A stretch of 64,000 bases of DNA from Octopus vulgaris (taxonomy: Eukaryota), in contig OX597824.1 in the NCBI GenBank assembly GCA_951406725.2, positions 84,010,001-84,074,000 of the forward strand. Reading direction: 5' to 3'. Shown one piece after another: positions 40,265 through 52,745 of the stretch. Under the pieces are notes generated by a model, which saw only the letters and a list, made by a program, of their open reading frames with translations, did no database searches and was not told the origin of the DNA. The position numbers were made by a program, and so were the translations under genes. Numbering within the stretch: the stretch's first letter is position 1; each line of letters opens with the position of its first letter.

Positions 40265-40675
40265 TGGAGGTGCAATGGCCCAGTGATTAGGGCAGCAGAT
40301 GCGTGGTCGGAGGATCGCGGTTTCGATTCCCAGACTGGGTGTTGTGTGTGTTTATTGAGCGAAAACACCTAAAGCTCCACGAGGCTCTGGCAGGGGTTGG
40401 TGGCAACCCCTGTTGTACTCTTTCGCCCCAACTTTCTCTCACTCTTACTTCCTGTTTCTTGTCCCCAACTTCCTACACAACCGCTGAGCCTGGATGCACA
40501 TTCATCCATCCGTCAATGCTCTCGGTGTCGGGGGTTGACCTGCTTTCTCTTCTGCGGGTCTTACGAATAGCAAAGGACCACGTTTCGGACTTCTCCCACT
40601 ACAGGCAATCCTGAGGCGTGATCTTGCGAGCTCTGGGATAAAGACTGCTTCGCTCAACAAACAAACAAACAAACA
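40265..40675 (+). mobile_element. SINE with family A head and an alternative 3' half (second copy about 1765-2085 on -; a third tail type at about 59985-60290 on +)
   Basis: Matches family A up to ...ctttctctcactctt, then switches to cttcctacacaaccgctgagcctggatgcacattcatccatccgtc...; ends in (CAAA)n. Confidence 0.85.
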
Positions 40676-41226
40676 GCACCAGCACAAGTGTTTTTTTATG
40701 TGGCACCAGCACCATAGGAGACCTATATAATCAAGGTTTTCCCAGCCATCACTAGTACATATTTTTATTCTTCAGAGTTGCATTCATTTGGCATGTGGCT
40801 GGCCCTGTCAGAGCTTCTATACTGAAACTGAAATAATTACATTCTGAAAGTAGAATCATGTTAATCATTTACAATAAACACACTTTTATGCCATTAAATT
40901 CATGTTTGCTTATTTCTTAATAATATCATATACTATTATGCATCAAAATGTTTTTTCATATATCTACAGCATGATCACAGACAGCCATTCCATTTTCTAT
41001 TCTGTAATTCTCTTACTATTATATTATGTATATCTTTTCTGTTCTATTATATTATGTATACCTATTCTCTTCTATTATATTATGTACATCTATTTTGTGT
41101 ATGTATTCTGTTCAATAATATTCTGTCTCTAATCTGTTCTAATTCTGCTTTTCTTTTGTTTTCATGTATTTCTATCCTGTATCTCTTTCCTTCCATTATA
41201 GTGATTCTCTATTTCTGTTCTTTCAG

Positions 41227-41364
41227 TCTTGGTATGATTCAGAAAAACCCCCAGTGTTCTGGGTGTCTGGTTTCTTCTTCACTCAGGCATTTCTCACTGG
41301 TGTCATGCAGAATTATGCCAGAAAATACACAATTCCTATAGATAATCTAGCCTTTGATTTTGAA
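41227..41364 (+). CDS. DNAH12: DNAH12-like exon
   Basis: Long pyrimidine tract then tttcAG; donor GAA|GTAAGT; [46 protein letters not shown] (46 codons, phase 0-0). Confidence 0.95.
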
Positions 41365-41444
41365 GTAAGTATTCAAGTTAATTGCAACACAACCGACATA
41401 AGGGTGTGGAATACAACAGATTTCCTTTTGTAGTTTGTGAGAAA

Positions 41445-41750
41445 AGTTAGTTAGTTAGTTAGTTAGTTAATTTGGCTCAAAAGCAAATAGCAAGGCCATG
41501 TAGGGGGACATGGAGTTAAGTACAGGGTGGTGTTCATGTAAAGAGTTCAGGCCACTTGAGGTCAAGGGAGGCTTTGAACAAAGCGGTCGTCGGCATCTTC
41601 ACCATCTCGTCTGGCAGCTTGTTCCACGGATCCGCAACCTGGACGGAGAAAGCTCCTCTCCTTCGATTGAGATGAAATCGTCGCAGGTAGAGCTTTTCGG
41701 AATGACCCCGCAGCTGACGCTCTGGAGCAGGAGTGAAGAACAGCTCTTTC
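41445..41750 (-). mobile_element. CR1/L2-type LINE 3' end, young and 5'-truncated
   Basis: Uninterrupted minus frame ELFFTPAPERQLRGHSEKLYLRRFHLNRRRGAFSVQVADPWNKLPDEMVKMPTTALFKASLDLKW (RGH..KL; WN.LP; FK..LD motifs), followed by a 3' UTR and a (TAAC)n tail. Confidence 0.88.
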
Positions 41751-41850
41751 AGTGAGAGCTATAAAGGAGCCGGGTTATAATGGAGCAGAACAATGTGGTT
41801 TGTTTATGGAGGGCTGAATTGATAGAATATCAGACAGTGAGGTCTATGAG

Positions 41851-42018
41851 CAGTGCCAGACTTACCATTGTGCTTAGGTGTGCTTAAGCACAGGACCCTG
41901 TTGATGGCCCCCAAAATTTTTTACGATGAATTTCCTGAGCATGTATGCTTGACTGCCCAAGTAAGGGGTTTCATACCTTAACTAGGACAGGACCTCATTT
42001 GTCCTAAATCTGACACTG
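41851..42018. mobile_element. hAT-type MITE, 168 bp
   Basis: TIRs cagtgccagactta / taaatctgacactg (12 of 14 match); 8-bp flanks tctatgag / tctctgag. Confidence 0.75.
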
Positions 42019-43529
42019 TCTCTGAGGGACTGAGTGTATCAGAGAGTGAAATCTCTCTGGAGGACCAAGTTAGTAGAGTTCATCTATAGAAATCCCTTCT
42101 CGCAGTAAAACATGGCTGATTCCGAAAGAGAAAGCGAGAGAGAGAGAGAGAAGTATGGACTCCAATACTTGACTGGTTCTTTATTTTTATTTTTTTTTCT
42201 TCTTTTTACTTGTTTCTGTCATAGGACTGAAGCCATGCTGGGGTACCACCTTTAAAGGGTTAGTCAAACAAATGAACCCCAGTCTGGTACTTATTCAATC
42301 AATCTTCTTTGCCTAACTACTAAGCTATGGAGATGCAAACATGCCGGTGGCATGTAAAAAGCACCCATGACACTCACGGAGTGGTTGGCATTAAGAAGGG
42401 CATCCAGTTGTAGAAACACTGTCAGATCAGACTGGAGCCTAGTGCAGCCTCCTGGCTTCCCAGACCCCGGTTGAACCATCCGACCCATGCAAGCACGGAA
42501 AACAGACGTTTAATTATAATGATATATTTATATATATATATACATATATGCATAATATTATATGTATATATGTAACAGACTTCCACATAGTTGCTATCCA
42601 TCACATTCATTCACAAGGCATTGGTGAACTCTGGGTTATAGTAGAAGACACTTGCCTTAGGTGCAGAGCAAGGTTCTTAACCATATGGGCATAATTTATT
42701 GACCTTGAAGAGATGAAATACTGAGTTAACCTCTGCTGTATTTGAACTCAAGGCACAAAATGTCAGAATGTGTACTGGAAGTCATTCTGTGCTATGCTCT
42801 AACAGTTGTGCCAATTATGATTATGTTCAATGGTTGAGATGAATCTGTGTCATTTACGAGTGTAACATTTATAAAAGGTTAAGTTGAAATTCGCTGACAT
42901 TCTGTTTCGTTGATCTACAAACGTATGACTGAACAAAGCACAGCCTCCTTCCTTGGTTAAGACGATGTGTTGTGTCAGCTGTTATCTTGTAGAGAAAGTA
43001 AAAATAACTAGTAAGTAACATCGAATCTTGGTCCAATTAGTTGAGTGTAAGAATAAAAATGAAAGTAAAAAAATGGATGAGGAAGAAACAGAAATGAAGA
43101 AGAAGGAAAAGATAACCAAATGATCGTTTTTCTGAGGAAGAAAACAGAGGGGAAATCTATGTCAGAAAACAAATAGAAAATGGCTGCTAGAAAGTAACAC
43201 CCCATTAAAAAGAAAAAAAAAGGAATTAAAATATGGAACAAAAATTTTTTTAAAAAAATACAAATAAAACTGGCAGTTATTTTGAAATCAATGAGTGTGT
43301 CAGAGCTATGTCAAAGAGTTAGTCAAGGTTGTTGAAACTATGACAAAAAAAGATATTAAAATAAAATAGATAAAATGGAAATCTATGAAATACCCCTCCC
43401 CCCCACCACCACCAAAAAAAAAATCCACAAGACATCTTTCAGAATAAGTTCACATCAAACTGTTAATCAAACCTATTAAAGTCTTCTAATTAGTTTAAGC
43501 ATGAAATACAGGAAACTGATTCTGAGTCA

Positions 43530-43560
<31 letters not shown>

Positions 43561-43993
43561 GCGATGGTGATGAGGAGGAGGGTGACGATAAAGAGGTGTT
43601 GATGGTTGATAGCGAGAGAGAGTGATTTTTCTTTTTTTTTATCCTCGATTATTCGTTGTTGATTTTGATGTGTGTTTTTTAAGTCATCGCCTTCTTTCTA
43701 AGAAAAGAAAAGCAAAGAAAAAAAAACCTCTTTGAAAAATCAATCAGCAAGCAACACTGTTTGCTTAAATATTTATTCTTCTCCACTAACCTCTAATCTA
43801 TCTATATATGTCACATGTATCCAGCTTTGTATGTCATGTGTGCATCTATAGCCATCAACAAGTCACATGTATAGCTACATGCATCTGTATATGTCACATG
43901 TATACCTACATCATGTGAATATCTGTGTGCATCTATATGTTGCTTATATAATTACATAGTATGCCTGTACATTTCTCTCTGTTTGTATCTCTT

Positions 43994-44053
<60 letters not shown>

Positions 44054-47000
44054 GGTGTAGGTGTGGCTGTATGGTAAGTAGCTTGCTTACTACCCACATG
44101 GTTCCGGGTTCAGTCCCAATGCATGGTACCTTGAGCAAGTGTCTTGTACTATAGTTTCAGGTCAACCAAAGCCTTGTGAGTGGATTTGGTAGACGGAAAC
44201 TGAAAGAAGCCCGTCGTATATATGTATTATGTAGTGTGTGTCTGTGTTTGTCCCCCCAACATCGCTTGACAACCGATGGTGGTGTGTTTTCATCCCCCGT
44301 AACTTAGAAGTTCGGCAAAAGAGACCGATAGAATAAGTACTAGGCTTACAAAGAATAAGTCCTGGGGTCGATTCGTTTGACTAAAGGCATTGCTCCAGCA
44401 TGGCCATAGTCAAATGACTGAAACAAGTAAGAGAGAGTCCCTCTACATGTTACACATATATCTATTTTCAATGGAGGTGCATGGCTTAGTGGTTTGGCTC
44501 TTGGGTTCATGATCATTTGATTATCATACAAAGCAGAAGCACTGTCCCCTTGACAAGTCACTAATTTTTACATTGCTTCAATTGGGGCAGAAGAGTGGTT
44601 AACTTTGCAAGGAGGCAGTTTCCTATTCAAGAGAGCAGTTTTGTACCTCAAGGTTAAAAGCTTTTAAAAATCTATCACAAACTTTCAGGTTCATGAGGTT
44701 GGAAGATATATGGATTTTTATATTTATATCTGTCTTTATAGTCACATGTATATATATATATGTGTGTGTATATTCACACATGAGAGGCAGCTTTAGACAT
44801 CTGCTTCAGACACTGAGTGTTCCCAGCTTCTCTTATGTACCACTTGACAATTCTAGCTCATTAGCTATTATTCAAATGGCGTTATGCGATAATTCTCTTT
44901 TGGTACCTATGTAAGTGTGGGAACAAAATTTGCTTAACGGGTACAAACATCGTCATTATCATCATCATTTAGCATTTGTTTTCTATGCTAGCAAGGGTTG
45001 GGCAGTTTAAAAGGAGCTGGCCACCCAGCTGGGCTTCAACTGTTTGTTTTGGTATGGTTTCTCCTCACACCAACTACTTAGAGTGTGCTGGGTGCTTTTT
45101 ACGGGCCACCAGCATGGGTGCTTTCTATGTGCCACCAGCATGGGTTAGGGTTATTTTTATTTGCCACTGGCATGGGTACTTTCAATGTGCCATTGGCAGG
45201 GCTTCTTTTTACATGGCCCTAGCTTGGGTGCATGCTACATAGCACTGGCACGAGTGCATTGCATGTGGCACCAGCACAAGTGCATTTTACATGGAACTGG
45301 CACCTGCAAAACAAAGACCTCTTGGTTGGGAGAGGGAGTGAGGGTATGGCCATAAAGAACATGCCTGTATGTATGGATGGCCACAAATTTACTTAGCTTG
45401 ATGTGATCTTTACAAACAATGTTGATTTTTTTTTTCAATCTTAATATCAAAATAAATACAGGTATAATTATAATAATAATTATACGTATTTATAAAAACA
45501 CCATTCGAGTGTGATCGTTACCCGCATCGCCTTACCGGCACTTGTGCTGGTGGCACGTGAAAAAACATTTGAGTGAAGTCATTGCCGGTGCCACTGGACT
45601 GGCTGCTGTGCAAGCGGCACATAAAAAGCACCATTTGAGTGTGGCCATTGCCAGTACTGCCTGACTGGCCCTCATGCCACTGGCATGTAAAAGCACCCAC
45701 TAAACTCTCGGAGTGGTTGGCATTAGGAAGGGCATCCAGCTGTAGAAGATTAGAGTCTGGTGCAGCCATCTGGTTTGCCAGACCTCAATCAAATTGTCCA
45801 ACCCATGCTAACACGGAAAGCGGACGTTAAACGATGATGATGATGATGATTATGGATTATATTTGTACATCAATAAAATCAAATAAATCCAGTAATGAAA
45901 AAGTAATGTTCCAAATCGGTCCTAAAATGTTTCTAAACTTGTTCATTTTGGCGATGAAGTTTTTCAGGAGGACATTCTAAGCATTTTCATTGCCCCACCC
46001 AAATTTTGGTGAGTGCATTTGCATCCCCTGTTCCTGAGCCTATGGGTACCTAGATGTCCCACCCCCTACGTGGTACTGTGAAAACAACCTTTTGTGCATT
46101 CATAATTTGTATGAAGCATGGCCAACCTTTGTCAAGAAGCAAACCACATGGCTCATCATCAGGCAGGCTGCACAACTAAAAAATTCAAGGTACCCCCTTC
46201 AATCATGAATGACCATGGAATTGCACCTAGAAAGTTCCCCTCTGAGGCACAAGTCTGAGCAAGGTTTTTTTTTTTTTATGGAAGACCAGTAGTTGCCCAT
46301 GCATACCAGCCTCTCCTCTCTATGCCACCAATGTTACACAAGGGAAAGGCAATGACTGATACAGCTTGGCACCTGTGATGTCACAACTCATTTCTACATC
46401 TGAGTGAAGTGGAGCAACATGAAACAAAGTGTCTTGCTCAAGAACACAACACACAGGCTGGTCTGGGAATTGAACTCACTACTTCGTGATTGTGAGCCCA
46501 ATGCCCTAACCAATGAGCCATGTGCCTGTTACTGGTGTATATTGAATTGATGTCTTTGAATAAATCAGATGCTTCATTAGATGGGGGTCGATAGTTTCTG
46601 TTACTCAGATGATGAATCTGGTGAAGTGGGGGCATGTAGTGGTAGTTTAGTATTAAGAGTAAGAAAGGGGCTGGTAGGAAGCTACTGTCATCATCGTCAT
46701 TCACCATCTAATGTCCACTTTTCCTTGTTTGCATGAGTCAAACAGAATTTGTTAAAACAGATTTTTCTAGGTGTAGGAGTGGCTGTGTGGTAAGAAGCTT
46801 GCTTACCAACCACATGGTTCCAGGCTCAGTCACACTGCATGGCACCATGGGCAAGTGTCTTCTACTATTGCCTTGGGCCAACCAAAGCCTTGTGAGTTGG
46901 ATTTGGTAGACGGAAACTGAAAGAAGCCCTTCGTATATATGTATGTATGTGTGTGTTTGTGCGTCTGTATTTGTCCCCACAACATCGCTTGACAACCGAT

Positions 47001-47724
47001 GCTGGTGTGTTTACGTCCCCATAACATAGCAGTTCGGCAAAAAGACCGATAGAATAAGTTCTAGGCTTACAAAGAATAAGTCCTGGGGTCGATTTGCTCG
47101 GCTAAAGGCGGTGCTCCAGCATGGCCACAGTCAAATGACTGAAACAAGTAAAAGAGTTGGGTGCCCTTCCTGTTGCCAACCCTCTCCTGTTTCCAAGCGA
47201 TGTCAGACCTGTTTCTCATGAAAGATTGGAAATGGACGGTATCACTTGTATGATGGTGATGCCCACTTTCAACCAGGAAGTAATCGACTTAACTGCCCCT
47301 GGGTAAAAGTATAAATAAACTGCTCCCTTCTGCCGAGCCATATTGAGCCAGTCTGGCAGAGTAGGCTCCTTCAAACCACTATAATCTCAAGCTCAAATTC
47401 ATGGCCTCCACATCGAACCATGGCTGATGGAGAGAGCATGCTGAGGCCTTTGTCCTGCAGTGCTCTGAACATAGGCAACCCAATCCAATCCAAAAGCATA
47501 AGAGCTAAATTAAAACAAGTGAAATCTCATCGTTTTAATTTCATTAAAAAACATTTTTTGCCTTATCTTACTCAGCTTCTTTGATTTGCATGGCAACCAT
47601 ATTTCATTTGGAGAGACAAGCTGTCATCTCTGCCATATCAATAGAAATGACACCACATGTCTTTCTTCAGTTTGTATGTGTTCAATAACCAATCGGCTTA
47701 ATCTGTCTAAATCTTCCTGTCTCT

Positions 47725-48290
47725 CTGTGTGTTTTTTTATGTTTGTGTATAAATGTTAGTGTTTGTCTGTGTGTGTATATGTTTGTGTTTGTATGTGTGT
47801 ATGTATGCATTTGTGTCTGTGTATAAATGTTACTGTTTGTCTGTGTGTGTATATGTTTGTGTTTGTATGTGTGTATGTATGCATTTGTGTTTGTGTATAA
47901 ATGTTACTGTTTGTTTGTGTGTGTATATGCTTGTGTTTGTGTGTGTGTATGTATGCATTTGTGTCTGTGTATAAATGTTCGTGTTTGTGTGTAAATGTTA
48001 CTGTTTGTCTGTGTGTGTATATGCTTGTGTTTGTATGTGTGTATGTATGCATTTGTGTTTGTTTATAAATGTTAGTGTTTGTCTGTATTTGTATGTATGT
48101 GTGTGTGTGTACATGCTGGTGAGTGTGTAAATTCATGTTTGTCTGTGTATGTTTATGCTTGTGTCTGTATGTGTATGCATTTATGTCTGTATAAATGTTA
48201 GTGTTTGACTGTGTATGTATATGCTAGTGTTTATGTACCAATGTGTTTTTGGCTTTTGTGCATGTGTGTGTGTGTGTGTGTGTGCATGCG
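47725..48290. repeat. GT-rich minisatellite
   Basis: Recurring gtgtataaatgtta.tgtttgtctgtgtgtgtatatg...gtatgtatgcatttgtgt units. Confidence 0.85.
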
Positions 48291-49119
48291 TTAGTCAGCT
48301 TCTGAAATAGTTTCAGAATGTTTTATATCATTCGTGTACATGTGTGTATATATTTGTATGAATATATACGTGTATACACATGTGTTAGCTTTTGAAGTGA
48401 TCCTTCCATTTTTAAAAACCATTTGTGTACATGTGTGATTATGCGTCTACATATGTAAGGGTGAGTTAATGTGTGTGTGTGTGTGTGTGCGTGTCAGAGT
48501 GTACATGAGAATATCTATAAGTGAGTGTATATGTGTGCGTGTGTTTGGGTCCGTGGTGGTGGGGAGTGAATAACCAAAGCAGGAGTAGGAGGAACTGGGG
48601 TTTTTATTAACACATCAATGTTGTAAGCTGATATCTTAGTGTCAGCATTTAAGAATATCAGCTGATCACTTTAATTAAGTGTTCAACAGCTAAAATGGAT
48701 CCCATTCCTATTTACACTAGACATGTCTTTTACACACACACACACACACACACGCACACACACACACATGCACATAGGTACATAGACACATATTCATTCA
48801 GATATGAAAATATTCAGTCACAAACTCACACACACAAACACTCTCACACAGACACATACACACATACATACATGCAGCCATACAGAGAGTGAGAAAGAGA
48901 GTGCGTGTGTATGTGTGAGTTTATGAGTAAATGCACACACACATACATGCAATCATACTCTCACGCACATACACGCACGCAGACAAAGGTTCAAACACAT
49001 ACACACACACATGCACATACAACTATTCTTTCACATGCATGCATTTACACACAAACTCACACACATACACACTCACATGCATACATACACACATACACTG
49101 TCCTACTCATATGCTCTTT

Positions 49120-49151
49120 CTCACACACACACACGCTCTCTTTCTCTCTCT

Positions 49152-49238
<87 letters not shown>

Positions 49239-49344
49239 TCTCTTTCTCTCTCTCTCTTTCTTTTTCTCTCTCATTTGCTCACACACACACACACACACTC
49301 ACTTTCTCTCTCTCTCTCTCTTCTCTCTTTCTCTCTCTCTCTCT

Positions 49345-49375
<31 letters not shown>

Positions 49376-49420
49376 TCTCTTTCTCTCTCTTTCTTTTTCT
49401 CTCTCATTTGCTCACATACA
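49120..49420. repeat. (CT)n / (CA)n tract with internal duplication
   Basis: ttctttttctctctcatttgctcacaca occurs twice. Confidence 0.9.
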
Positions 49421-49950
49421 CATTTACACTCAAATATATAAGCAACTTAGACACAGATTCACATAAACACACACAGACACACATTTACAGACTCACACAT
49501 GCGTGCGTGAACACACAGATACTACTTCTTTAAGTCTCAGAGATGTACTTGAAACTGAGCCTCCATCATCATCTTAATCACTGTGGCTTTTTGGTTGTGT
49601 TTTTTTTTTTATATTTCTTCCTGTTGTGCAATGGTTGTGAGGTTAAGGTGACAGACTCCTGACCACACGGTCAAGTGTTCAGATCTTATTACTCTCGTTG
49701 TGTCATATCTTCTAATCATGTGTCGACACAGACATGGCTCTGTAGTTGAGAAGACTGCTTGACACCTATGTATATATGTAGGCATGTATACACACGTTTG
49801 GTAAGAAGCTTGCTTCCCAACCTTATGGTTCCAGGTTCAGTCCCACTACATGGCACCTTGCACAAGTGTTTTTCTACTATAGCCTTGGGCCAATCAAAGC
49901 CTTGTGAATGGATTTGGTAGATGGAAACTGAAAAGAAGACCATTGTATAT

Positions 49951-50039
<89 letters not shown>

Positions 50040-50045
<6 letters not shown>

Positions 50046-50895
50046 CATTATTCTGTTCACATAGCTTTACAAGTGTACATTTTTATTGCCTTCAAAGTAT
50101 TCTCCGTTTGAAGCAAGGCATCGGTCCAGATGCATTTTCCACTAGTTGATATAGTGCCTTTTAATGCCTCTGTCATTTTTTTTCTTCACCTCTTTCACAT
50201 CTTCAGATTCCAAAACACCAGCTTTTGTCACCATTGATAACCTTCGAAAATGTCCCAGATCAATTTCCAACTGTTCTTTCAGTTCACAATAGTTCAATCA
50301 TGACAGCTTTTGATCTTCTGTGAGAAAATGTGGCACAAATTTTGCTGCAACTCTTTTCATTTGCAATTCCTTGCTCAAAATTCATTGGCAGGAGCTCCAG
50401 GACACACCAGTCATATCAACAAAAGTTTGTCAATTGTTTGGTGGTGGTCCTCCAAGATCAGTTCGTGAATTTTCATGATGTTTTCATTTGTTGAGGAGGT
50501 CGATGGTCACCCTGAATGAGATTGGTATTCAAGCAACAAGTGATCATTCCTAAAGTGTGAAAACCTACTCATAAGCTAGTGTTTTGCTCATGGCAGCATC
50601 CTTGTAAGTTGTTTGAAGCATGACAACTGTTTTGGCTGCCATTTTCCCCAGCAAAAAACAGAATTTCATGGAAGAATGCTGTTCCTTCATTACAGCCATC
50701 GCAAAAATTGACAAACAAGGGAAAAGCACTGCAAAATAAAGATGCATCACGTGGCAGTATGATATTACCAGACAATGCCAGTCAGCAGACTGATTCCTGA
50801 AGGTTACATCAACCGGTTTCTAGTGGTAGAAGCATGAACTACAATGGGCTTATCCCTCAGAGAACATTTCCGGTTACTTCTGGGTACTCCCTCAT
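50040..50895 (-). mobile_element. Internally deleted mariner transposon
   Basis: Terminus TA-tgagggagtacccagaagtaaccggaa; N-terminal MKFCFLLGKMAAKTVVMLQTTYKDAAMSKTLAYE, then LQMKRVAAKFVP and C-terminal [18 protein letters not shown]; most of the DDD domain is missing. Confidence 0.88.
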
Positions 50896-51774
50896 ATATA
50901 TATATATATATTTATCATCATCATCGTTTAACATCCGTTTTCCATGCTAGCATGGGTTGGACGGTTCGACCGGGGTCTGGGGAGCCAGGACGCCGTGCCA
51001 GGCTCCAGTCTGATCTGGCTGTGTTTCTACAGCTGGATGCCCTTCCTAACGCCAACCACTCCATGAGTATAGTGGGTGCTTTTTATGTGCCACCAGCACA
51101 GGGGCCAGAGGAGGCTGGCAAAAGGCCACGATCGGTTGGTGCTTTTTACATGTCACTGACATGGACGCCAGTCAGGCGGCGCTGAAATCAGCCACGTTCG
51201 GATGGTGCTTTTTATGTGCCACATATATATAAATGTGTACGTGCTTTTTCAGTGTTTACAAATAACATGAAAAAAATAAACAGTTACCAGGGTAGCAAAA
51301 AATCACACAAGTAACAAGGATATAACAACCTATTTATAAAGGTAGAAACTGCAGGTTAAAGTGAAAATGTTTTTTATAATATACGAATAGATGAATAAAT
51401 AAATGGAGTTTATAGAACACCTTTATTGTTGAAAACATTGGCAGAAACAAATCTCTAGTTCCTATAAGTGATTTCTACCATTCTATGTAATTTGACCTTT
51501 GATTGTCTTCTTGCTACTTTTCACTTTCACTAAATATATCTAATTCCACACTTTTAAGCTTTATTCTAATTCACCCTTTGCTCTATATTTCTCCACTATT
51601 AGTTTTCTGCTAATTTTTTTTCCTTCTCCTCTTTCTCTTTCTATATTCTACCTTTGACATTATATCTACTAATGGTTTTTTTTTAGAAAAAACCTAATAG
51701 CATTCATTTCCTTCATAATTATACGCAGTCATCACATTGTGTTAAAATGTCTTATTGATGTGTTTGGTTTCTTT

Positions 51775-51863
51775 CTTTCCCTGATGAGAAGATTGCATTG
51801 TTTTACACCATTTTATCCCTTCTGGAATAATACCAATGTTGTCTTCGAAATATATGTCGAAAG
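51775..51863 (+). ncRNA. Type I hammerhead ribozyme-like motif with long stem II
   Basis: CTTTC(C)-CTGATGA (51781-87)-GAAGA..CATTG [loop] CAATG..TCTTC-GAAA (51847-50)-T-ATAT-G-TC^ (51858)-GAAAG. The core is complete, stems I and II pair, and stem III is minimal with a palindromic loop. Confidence 0.75.
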
Positions 51864-52023
51864 TAAAAGAATTTGAATAACACCTGTGTTTAACAACATT
51901 TATTTATTTATCTCTCTCTCTATATATATATGTGTGTGTGTGTATACATGCATATATATATATGTGTGTGTGTATATATATATATATCCATATGTGTATA
52001 CATATATATACATATATGTATAC

Positions 52024-52071
<48 letters not shown>

Positions 52072-52084
52072 GTATATATATATA

Positions 52085-52460
52085 CACTAGCGTCAGAAAT
52101 TAATTAGCACTTCTCAAATTTCTACATTAAATAGGTTAAATCAATTAACCTATGAGCTGTTCAAAACGTCTTACGCGATGAGAAAACTTAGTATGGTGTG
52201 ATTTCGATCCTTGCAGGCGCTACCTATATCTATTAAACAAAGGAAGATTTGTCTGCATCCGCACTCCAAGTTGTTGTTGCACTGCTATGTCAACATCATA
52301 AGGCTGTAGACTCTCAAACTGCTCTGCAAACAAAGTTACGTCATCGTTCTGCGCAACAGTGAACTCGCAACAAAGCAATAGTTCGAGATATGGCCACTAG
52401 GTGACAGCACATACCTTGAGTGAAGAGCAAATCAAGGGTGCTAATTAATTTCTGACGGTA

Positions 52461-52463
<3 letters not shown>
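52085..52463. mobile_element. Tc1/mariner-type MITE, 379 bp
   Basis: 26-bp TIRs cactagcgtcagaaattaattagcac / gtgctaattaatttctgacggtagtg (one mismatch); TA on both sides within a (TA)n tract; no ORF. Confidence 0.9.
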
Positions 52464-52511
<48 letters not shown>

Positions 52512-52527
52512 CACACACACAATATAT

Positions 52528-52745
52528 AAATGCAAATAATTATAAAATGGAGAAACCCACATATTAGCCAACACATCAATTGGACCACATTTATAGCTTA
52601 TTTTTTAATACAAAGCATAACGTAACAAAATAGGTGGCACACATATGTATATATACGTCACCTATTTTGTTATGTGATGCTTTGTATAAAAATAAGCTAA
52701 AATGTGGTTAATCTGTGAAATTCTCCATTTTCTAATTACTTGCGT
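52528..52745. repeat. About 220-bp imperfect foldback
   Basis: taacaaaataggtg (52623-52636) / cacctattttgtta (52659-52672); further pairs tacaaagcat/atgctttgta, agcttatttt/aaaataagct and aaaatggagaa/ttctccatttt. Confidence 0.85.

Noticed and set aside
51320-51470. Possible GIY-YIG C-terminal remnant upstream of the 51781 hammerhead (PIYKGRNCRL..FIIYE..RNK)
   Set aside because: Too short and frameshifted to distinguish from chance by eye.
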